Part shown: positions 60,901-64,000 of the stretch, in pieces
How positions within the stretch are numbered: the first letter of the stretch is position 1
How the letters are laid out: each line of letters opens with the position of its first letter
Assembly: GCF_006345805.1 (NCBI RefSeq)
Contig: NC_043003.1
Span: 26,040,001-26,104,000 of the forward strand
Reading direction: 5' to 3'
Origin: Octopus sinensis
Taxonomy: Eukaryota
DNA: 64,000 nt
Translations under genes and position numbers: made by a program
Notes under the pieces: model-generated
Seen by the model: only the letters and a program-made list of their open reading frames with translations
Told to the model about the DNA's origin: nothing
The model's database searches: none

Positions 60901-62584
60901 TTTAAATGTTGAAGTGAATCTAACGGGTTTTTGTGTGTTTCTTAAATGGCTTACAAACACCTTCCAAGCTGCAATTGTTTTTGTTCCAGCACTTAATCTC
61001 AGATCAGGTCACTTGCTATGCAAGTACATCTCCGGAATTTCATATATTTATATAGATAAATTTTTGGAAGGATAAATTTGAAGTGAAAAAAAAAACCCCT
61101 ACTAAAGACCATTAAAATCTAATATCTGCAGTGATGTTTGAACTGATGTTTGAGATATGAGTCTAGCAGTGTAACTTGCTCAGCTGTTGTTTCTGACAAA
61201 CTGTCAGAATAAAGATTTCATACTAGATCACATACTGGGTTCATTGTTCAGTCAATGTTTCTAGTTTCTGTATTTTTACATAAACATCCATATCAATTTA
61301 AATAATCATTGAGGTTCAGTAATTGATGGTATACAAACAGCTGTGAGAACTTCATATCTTTCACAGCAGGTTGCTATAACCACATAAGTGATACAGCTCA
61401 GCCAATACATTATCAGTCATTATAAGATTGTGTTCAGTTTTTTCTCACTTATTTTTGAGATATTAGGTGCGAGACTACTGTCCACATGGTGACCTCAGTA
61501 TAGTAATGGTAGTTAGACTATAGTTATTAGGTTATAGTGAGTTTACTATAGCAATTATATAGTTACATTACTACATCCATTATATACTCAGTATGGCTGA
61601 ATGGTTAAAAAGTTTCTTTGCAACCATGAGGTTCCAGTTTCGACTGTAGTGTGAGGCATCATGGACAAATGCCATTTTCTATAGCTTTGGGCTGACCCAT
61701 ATCTTTGGAGGGAAACCAAGTAGAGAGAAACTGAATAGAAGCCTGTCAGATGGTTTGTACCTGTAATTCAAAAGACAGCCTTGTCTCAAACACACACACA
61801 GGATGTTACATGCACTCAGCATGAGATCTATGTTAAGAGCATGTTATGTTAGATTAAAGGATTTATGTTAAGTGATTTATGTCTGTGGAACACTACCACT
61901 TGTGCTGATTCGAAAGCAGGTAATTGAACGAGTGAATACTCAACATTGAAACAGGTGGAAATTTATACATATCTATTATTCTTTTTTTCCCTTTTTACTT
62001 GTTTCAGCCATTTGACTGTGGCCATGCTGGAGCACCGCCTTTAGCCGAGCAAATCGACCCCAAGACTTATTGTTTGTAAGCATAGTATTTATTCTGTCGG
62101 TCTCTTTTGCCAATCCGCTAACTTACGGGGATGTAAACACACCAGCATCGGTTGTCAAGTGATGTTGGGCAGACAAACACAGACACACAAACATACATAC
62201 ATATATATATACGATGGGATTCTTTCAGTTTCCATCTACCAAATCCACTCACAAGGCTTTGGTTGGCCCGAGGCTATAGTAGAAGACACTTGCCCAAGGT
62301 GCCATGCAGTGGGAGTGAACTCGGAACCATGTGGTTCGTAAGCAAGCTACTTACCACACAGCCACTCCTGCACCTTATACTGTAGTTGACTTAGTACCTC
62401 CATTATCATAAATACTATACAATAAAAATTATACTATATAGTCACTTTATTGTAACCATTAAATATTGGTGAGATATAAAATAAAAGTCAAGGTACAGGA
62501 GAAGATATACAATAGAAGATTATTAAAAAAATACCTTGTAAATTCCAGTACATTTAGTACTTCATATACTTCTTTCTTGCCAAA
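13581..62584 (-). CDS. ATP8A1: P4-type ATPase (phospholipid-transporting ATPase IA-like, ATP8A1/ATP8A2 co-ortholog); partial gene span, 20 exons, 5' and 3' ends not identified in window
   Basis: Manual translation of 20 minus-strand exons, all GT-AG with matching phases (sum 1712 nt = 570 codons + 2). Motifs [33 protein letters not shown] and FYKN are colinear with human ATP8A1 as I recall it. Confidence 0.97.
13895..14185. mobile_element. Foldback element embedded in (TA)n, containing a 90-bp hairpin
   Basis: Arms 13902-13991 and 14007-14097 are reverse complements (2 substitutions + 1 indel), loop 15 nt. taatatta at both ends and (TA)n on both flanks. Confidence 0.7.
15508..15596 (-). CDS. 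ATP8A1: ATP8A exon s (89 nt, phase 0-2), last TM helix
   Basis: ttacag|[29 protein letters not shown](V)|gtaagt. Confidence 0.95.
17359..17466 (-). CDS. ATP8A1: ATP8A exon r (108 nt, phase 0-0)
   Basis: tttgcag|[36 protein letters not shown]|gtatgt. Confidence 0.96.
17840..18135 (+). mobile_element. Decayed RTE-type LINE 3' end
   Basis: Fragmentary [21 protein letters not shown] and a 3' ...tgccccaatgaccacatggtcaagggatagg resembling RTE C-termini (WxDNIKEWTG...VPQRPSRLRDR). Confidence 0.5.
18326..18540. mobile_element. Diverged copy of MITE family M1
   Basis: ttaa|ctcttttgatac ... gtaacaaaagtg|ttac; internal similarity to 46247-46466. Confidence 0.6.
19123..19526 (-). mobile_element. tRNA-derived SINE family A, head-to-tail dimer with 18-bp TSD
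   Basis: Head aaggcggtgagctggcaaaaacgttagc with B-box gttcaaattcc; two body-tail units. TSD tcagataacatcacttat at 19105-19122 and 19527-19544. Confidence 0.85.
19685..19741 (-). CDS. ATP8A1: ATP8A exon q (57 nt, phase 0-0)
   Basis: atttcag|[19 protein letters not shown]|gtaagt. Confidence 0.96.
20286..20347 (-). CDS. ATP8A1: ATP8A exon p (62 nt, phase 1-0)
   Basis: atttcag|(D)[20 protein letters not shown]|gtaagt. Confidence 0.95.
20424..20783 (-). mobile_element. SINE family B copy
   Basis: Colinear with 61992-62372. Confidence 0.8.
21650..21728 (-). CDS. ATP8A1: ATP8A exon o (79 nt, phase 0-1)
   Basis: gtttcag|[26 protein letters not shown](D)|gtaagt. Confidence 0.95.
22620..22800 (+). 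mobile_element. Decayed CR1/L2-like LINE 3' fragment
   Basis: [24 protein letters not shown] resembles the FFPRT..LWNSLP...F....NL..FK C-terminus. Confidence 0.45.
23100..23222 (-). CDS. ATP8A1: ATP8A exon n (123 nt, phase 0-0)
   Basis: ctttcag|[41 protein letters not shown]|gtaagt. Confidence 0.96.
23892..24160 (-). mobile_element. SINE family D copy
   Basis: Reverse complement colinear with 57391-57665. Confidence 0.7.
25195..25410. mobile_element. Diverged inverted copy of MITE family M1
   Basis: Reverse complement aligns by eye with 18326-18540 (e.g. tttgatggaaggttttaattt). Confidence 0.55.
27658..27732 (-). CDS. ATP8A1: ATP8A exon m (75 nt, phase 0-0)
   Basis: cttccag|[25 protein letters not shown]|gtaggt. 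Confidence 0.96.
30649..30964 (+). mobile_element. 5'-truncated RTE/RTE-X-like LINE 3' end with (TGA)n tail and 11-bp TSD
   Basis: Uninterrupted [34 protein letters not shown]...LLLWKP...[16 protein letters not shown]...AMMDREVW, then tgatgaatgatgatgatg. Direct repeat aaatgtccctc at 30638-30648 and 30965-30975. Confidence 0.85.
31784..32131. repeat. Diverged tandem duplication, period about 180-190 bp
   Basis: Shared blocks tgtttgatgtaaa, ttggagaaaa.taagttgaataaaat and an identical 25-mer gcatgtggaaaagttaaggtggagt at 31918 and 32107. Confidence 0.8.
32215..32700 (-). mobile_element. Heavily deleted CR1/L2/Jockey-like LINE remnant
   Basis: Minus strand LGNFNAH (endonuclease GDFNAH motif, 32670-32690) and [22 protein letters not shown] (RT NSGVPQG motif, about 32220-32280). 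Confidence 0.5.
33017..33127 (-). CDS. ATP8A1: ATP8A exon l (111 nt, phase 0-0), TM5 region
   Basis: tttcag|[37 protein letters not shown]|gtaagt. Confidence 0.96.
33611..34176 (+). mobile_element. Internally deleted mariner (Tc1/mariner) element, 566 bp
   Basis: TA target duplication at 33609-10 and 34177-78. About 30-bp TIRs (ttgggttgtctggaaagttcgtgccgattt / aaatcggcacaaactttttggacaacccaa, 4 mismatches). N-terminal [11 protein letters not shown] from 33793 is fused out of frame to the C-terminal [23 protein letters not shown]...[15 protein letters not shown] (mariner YSPDLAPSD motif). Confidence 0.93.
34504..34581 (-). CDS. ATP8A1: ATP8A exon k (78 nt, phase 0-0)
   Basis: ttttcag|[26 protein letters not shown]|gtagag. 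Confidence 0.96.
35843..35948 (-). CDS. ATP8A1: ATP8A exon j (106 nt, phase 2-0), GDGANDV hinge
   Basis: tcacag|(R)[35 protein letters not shown]|gtatgt. Confidence 0.97.
36362..36432. repeat. (GA)n microsatellite starting about 12 nt after the exon i donor
   Basis: Direct inspection. Confidence 0.9.
36444..36526 (-). CDS. ATP8A1: ATP8A exon i (83 nt, phase 0-2)
   Basis: cattag|[27 protein letters not shown](R)|gtaagt. Confidence 0.95.
37704..37793 (-). CDS. ATP8A1: ATP8A exon h (90 nt, phase 0-0), follows a 16.4-kb intron
   Basis: ttgtag|[30 protein letters not shown]|gtaagg. Confidence 0.95.
41761..42064 (-). mobile_element. SINE family C head and body with a different 3' tail (possibly V-domain-like)
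   Basis: Head ggcacatggcctagtggttagagcagcggagtcgcagtcgagggatcgtggatttgaatc. Shares cacttaagctccac..caactttctctc with 58989, then diverges into ctgcaacagactggtgtcccatccag. Confidence 0.7.
42349..42460 (-). pseudogene. 5S rRNA pseudogene (solo, CpG-decayed)
   Basis: Reverse complement tggccacatcatgttaaatgcactgattctccgatcactgaagttaagcaatgttgagcctagttagtacttaaatgggtgaccagttgagaaaccaagtgttgtaagt aligns end to end with metazoan 5S (CCGATC..GAAGTTAAGC..TTAGTACTT..ATGGGTGACC), with a short deletion and many transitions. Confidence 0.9.
46247..46466. mobile_element. piggyBac-like MITE, family M1 (220 bp)
   Basis: TTAA|ccctttcgtta ... taacgaaaggg|TTAA. Diverged relatives at about 18326-18540 and 25195-25410 (opposite orientation). 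Confidence 0.85.
46796..46984 (-). mobile_element. F-tail repeat ending in (ATG)n, young copy
   Basis: About 95% identical (inverted) to 52475-52654. Older copies at about 15800-16310, 20050-20240, 42150-42330 and 49060-49270. Confidence 0.8.
49860..50860 (-). mobile_element. Cluster of SINE A copies interrupted by an F-tail element (about 50290-50570)
   Basis: SINE A modules plus ggagtggttggcattaggaagggcatccagc...catggaaagcagatgttaaatgatgat. Confidence 0.7.
51895..52030. repeat. (TA)n/(CA)n microsatellite
   Basis: Direct inspection. Confidence 0.9.
52140..52351 (-). mobile_element. SINE family A monomer inserted in a MITE M2 copy
   Basis: Same tail as the 19123 dimer. 16-bp TSD attctacc(c/t)gttttat at 52124-52139 and 52352-52367. 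Confidence 0.8.
52475..52654 (+). mobile_element. F-tail repeat ending in (ATG)n, young copy
   Basis: ggagtggttggcgttaggaagggcatccagccgtagaaac...catggaaaacggatgctaaatgatgatgatg. Confidence 0.8.
53810..54025 (-). mobile_element. SINE A copy
   Basis: Full module flanked by (AAT)n/(AGT)n. Confidence 0.75.
54225..54289 (-). CDS. ATP8A1: ATP8A exon g (65 nt, phase 1-0)
   Basis: ctttcag|(G)[21 protein letters not shown]|gtaagt. Confidence 0.95.
54338..54704. repeat. Minisatellite, about 12 units of 32 bp (cagtggttataggttataggcaatatagacct) with 22-25 bp variants
   Basis: Units 1-6 are 32 bp each from 54338; later units gain or lose an internal 7-bp gttatag. Confidence 0.95.
55534..55624 (-). CDS. 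ATP8A1: ATP8A exon f (91 nt, phase 0-1), TGD motif
   Basis: tttcag|[30 protein letters not shown](G)|gtatgt. Confidence 0.96.
55761..56071. mobile_element. piggyBac-like MITE, family M2 (opposite orientation)
   Basis: TTAA|ccctttagcac ... aatgctaaaagg|TTAA. Further partial copies at about 39263-39490 and 52090-52470, each interrupted by a SINE piece. Confidence 0.75.
56502..56549 (-). CDS. ATP8A1: ATP8A exon e (48 nt, phase 0-0)
   Basis: ttacag|[16 protein letters not shown]|gtatgt. Confidence 0.95.
56590..57330 (+). mobile_element. Train of 3-4 SINE A copies in plus orientation separated by (ATT)n
   Basis: Repeated ggcaagctggcaga...aaatgcttag...tttgcctttcat...aataagtaccag...aaaatttcaggccttgtg modules. 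Confidence 0.8.
57391..57665 (+). mobile_element. tRNA-head SINE family D (CORE/Meta-like central block)
   Basis: ggctcattggttagagtg...gagtttgattccc...tgtgttcttgagcaagacacttt...ttgctccagttcactcagc. Inverted copy at about 23892-24160. Confidence 0.75.
58103..58242 (-). CDS. ATP8A1: ATP8A exon d (140 nt, phase 1-0)
   Basis: ttgtag|(G)[46 protein letters not shown]|gtaaga. Confidence 0.96.
58989..59355 (-). mobile_element. tRNA-head SINE family C with 14-bp TSD
   Basis: Head ggagtgcaatggcccagtagttagggcagtggactcgcggttttgattccc. TSD acaattaataaatt at 58975-58988 and 59356-59369. Confidence 0.82.
59498..59582 (-). CDS. ATP8A1: ATP8A exon c (85 nt, phase 0-1)
   Basis: cactag|[28 protein letters not shown](G)|gtatgg. 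Confidence 0.95.
60557..60626 (-). CDS. ATP8A1: ATP8A exon b (70 nt, phase 2-0), N-domain
   Basis: atttccag|(S)[23 protein letters not shown]|gtaagt. Confidence 0.95.
61992..62372 (-). mobile_element. tRNA-head SINE family B (CORE-like), near full length
   Basis: Head gcaggagtggctgtgtggtaagtagcttgcttacgaaccacatggttccgagttcactccc (A/B boxes), ccttgggcaagtgtctt CORE-like block, internal (TA/CA)n, tail ending gaaacaagtaaaaag. Many shorter copies at about 14930, 17050, 34180, 35600, 45530 and 58810. Confidence 0.8.
62535..62584 (-). CDS. ATP8A1: ATP8A exon a (50 nt, phase 0-2)
   Basis: ttatccag|[16 protein letters not shown](S)|gtattt. Confidence 0.93.
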
Positions 62585-62839
62585 CTGGATAATAAAGGAG
62601 AGTGGAAATTAATTGTTGATAGTTTTGTTAGAGAAAGAGAGAGACAAAGAGAGAAATAAGAGAAGAATAGGGGACAAAAGATAAGAAGCAGGAGAATAAA
62701 ACAGTGAAACTCGTAGTGGTGGCTGAGTTGTTGCCCTTGGTCTTACCGTAAAATATTTAGAACCAAAATTATAATTATTATTATTATTATCCTCCCACCA
62801 TTGCCACAACCAAAAAAAAAAAAAAAATTCAGGCCTGGT

Positions 62840-63745
62840 GCCTATAGTAGAAAGGATTATTATTATTATTATTATAAGGGCTACAAGCTGGCAGAATTAT
62901 TAGCATGCTGGATAAATTACTTAGGATTTCATCCATCTTTTATGCTCTGAGCTCAAATTTTGCTGAAGTCGATTTTGCCTTTCAGAGTCAATGGAATGGA
63001 TACCAGTTGAGCACTGGGATCAATGTTACTGACTAGCCTCCTCCCCTAACAAAATTTTAGACCTCGTGCCTATAGCAGAAAAGATTATTCAATATTATTA
63101 AGGTGGTGAGCTGACAGCATCATTAGCATGCTGGATGAAATGCTTAGCATCATTTCTTCTGGTTTTATATTCCTAGTTCAAACGGCACTGAAGTAGCCTT
63201 TGCCATTCATCGTTTCAGGATTGATAGACTAGGCACCAGTTGAACGCAGGGGTCAATGTAATCAACTCCCCTCATTCCATCAAATCTGCTGACCTTGTGC
63301 CAAAAATTATAATTGTTGATGATGATGATGAATAATAATAATAATAATCCTTTCTACTATAGGAACAAGGCATGAAATTTGCAGGAAGGGGGGAAGTTGA
63401 TCACATTGATTCCAGGGCTCAACTAGTACTTATTTCATCGACCCCGAAAGGATGAAAGGCAAAGTTGACCTTGGTGGAATTTGAACTCAGAATGTAAAGA
63501 CGGACTGAATGATGCTAAGCATTTTTCCCAGCATGCTAACAATTCTGTCAGCTTTCTGCCTTCTTAATAATAATAAGGCAGCATATTGGTAGGATCATTA
63601 AAGTGCTGGAAAAATGCTTGGTGGTATTTCTTCTAGCTCTTTACATTCTGAGTTCAAATACCACTGAGGCCAATCCTTTCAAGGTCAATAAAATAAGTAC
63701 TAGTATCCTCCTCCTCTATGAATTGCTGACCTCGTACCAAAATTA
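62840..63745. mobile_element. Cluster of about 4 SINE A copies in mixed orientation
   Basis: Same modules as the other SINE A copies, with (ATT)n/(AAT)n junctions. Confidence 0.75.
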
Positions 63746-64000
63746 TTATAATTATTTTTGTTATTATTATACAGAATATAAATCATATAAATGCTATATA
63801 CTCTTAACATGTTTTTACAGATGGAAATAATTGATAATTATTTATTATTATTTTTATTATTTCCAGTAAATACAGGAGAAGAACGTTTGACTATATTATT
63901 GTTTGGGTGACACTGGAGCTGTCAACAATGGAACTATAAATTCTTGTACAAACTAGTTCCATCTGTAATAGTGGTGTCCCCAAGTAAGCAATTTTAGTTC

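Noticed and set aside
13581-62584. U12-type or non-canonical introns among the confirmed exons
   Set aside because: All 20 donors are ordinary GT(A/R) U2-type and all acceptors are YAG.

Overview
AT-rich animal genomic DNA, most likely an octopod cephalopod (inferred from the SINE/MITE repertoire and very dense microsatellites; not provable without a search). The whole window lies inside one minus-strand gene, a P4-type ATPase (ATP8A1/ATP8A2-like phospholipid flippase). I reconstructed by hand 20 consecutive GT-AG exons (62584 down to 13581; 1712 nt, about 570 aa). Their phases are fully consistent and they run from the N-domain (LNVLEFTSLRKRMS...KGA) through [15 protein letters not shown] and the C-terminal membrane helices (TM5-TM10) to the start of the cytosolic tail. 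The 5' half of the gene lies beyond the right edge. I could not find the conserved final tail exons (LTE..LL / GYAFSQ) in 1-13580; that interval instead holds several unique-sequence candidate alternative exons. Introns contain several tRNA-derived SINE families (some with TSDs, head-to-tail trains and shuffled head/tail modules), piggyBac-like TTAA MITEs, an internally deleted mariner, a young 5'-truncated RTE-type LINE, decayed LINE/Tc1 fragments, a 5S rRNA pseudogene, a 32-bp minisatellite and several strong hairpins. There is no prokaryotic content or CRISPR array. I found no clearly new protein system. The best leads are RNA-level: a possible alternatively spliced flippase tail with a repeated 14-mer motif, a pre-miRNA-sized hairpin, and long intronic dsRNA stems that could be ADAR substrates.
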